Source of the DNA: Camelus dromedarius
Lineage: Eukaryota
Direction of reading: 5' to 3'
Assembly: GCF_036321535.1 (NCBI RefSeq)
Contig: NC_087437.1
Span: forward strand, 42,038,001-42,102,000
Length of the DNA stretch: 64,000 nt
In this document: in pieces, positions 63,850 through 64,000 of the stretch
Layout of the letters: every line of letters starts with the position of its first letter
Position numbering within the stretch: position 1 is the first letter of the stretch
Position numbers and translations under genes: made by a program
The notes under the pieces: model-generated
The model's input: only the letters and a program-made list of their open reading frames with translations
The model's database searches: none
What the model was told of the DNA's origin: nothing

Positions 63850-64000
63850 TTGTCAGCCAGGTGGTCAGAAAGTCCACAGCGGGTCTCGTGGGGCTGACAT
63901 CAAGGTGTTGACCGGGCCATGTTCCTTCCTGGGGGCTCTGTGGACGGATGTGTTTCCCCACTTTTCCCACTTCTAGAAGCTGCCCTGCATTGCTGGGCCC
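63850..64000 (-). mobile_element. MLT1 (D-like) LTR fragment, running off the window edge
   Basis: ggtggtcagaaagtcc...ggggctgacatcaaggtgttgaccgggccatgttccttcctgggggctct...ttttcccacttctagaagctgccctgcatt. Homologous to 42660-42790. Confidence 0.75.

Larger units (their letters stand above)
1..64000 (+). other. FNDC3B: Internal segment of the FNDC3B transcription unit (4 coding exons plus introns; both gene ends lie outside the window)
   Basis: Four exons splice in frame to give GPAEVPMMSPNGSIPPIHVPPGYISQ|VIEDNTGVRRVVVTPQSPECYPPSYPSAMSPTHH...IYGEQ|EIIPLYGMSSYITREDQYSKPPHKKLKDRQIDRQNRLNSPP...SNDSDLQ|EYELEVKRVQDILSGIEKPQ, which I recognise as the FNDC3B N-terminal region. Introns: 8929-25012, 25257-28256, 28554-62085. 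Confidence 0.95.

Noticed and set aside
1..64000. The many 60-177 aa ORFs in the supplied track as independent genes (e.g. 11428..11961, 30449..30877, 58592..59047)
   Set aside because: No recognisable domains, many begin at TTG/GTG, compositions are Phe/Leu/Cys-biased as expected from AT-rich introns, and several overlap repeats. Only those overlapping FNDC3B exons or L1 remnants are meaningful.

Overview
This is a mammalian genomic window, almost entirely intronic, lying inside the FNDC3B gene on the + strand. Four internal coding exons are visible (8852-8928, 25013-25256, 28257-28553, 62086-62144). All have AG/GT boundaries and compatible phases, and they encode the N-terminal Pro/His/Gly-rich region up to the first FN3 domain. 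From recall they correspond to human exons 4-7. A tRNA-derived SINE and a short young L1 3' end suggest a camelid host (inference). The introns hold old L1, L2, MIR, MLT1 and DNA-transposon fragments plus microsatellites. No prokaryotic-type system, CRISPR array or RNA gene is supported. Three observations stand out. (1) A GGC/poly-Gly tract in exon 28257-28553 appears about 5 codons longer than in human. (2) The two central exons match the known circFNDC3B unit; their back-spliced 541-nt circle has a junction-crossing ORF that would read the GGC tract twice (poly-Ala, then poly-Gly), and the inferred human start ATG is ACG here. (3) Inverted L1-derived repeat pairs flank the exons. Repeat subfamily names are from recall and repeat boundaries are approximate.
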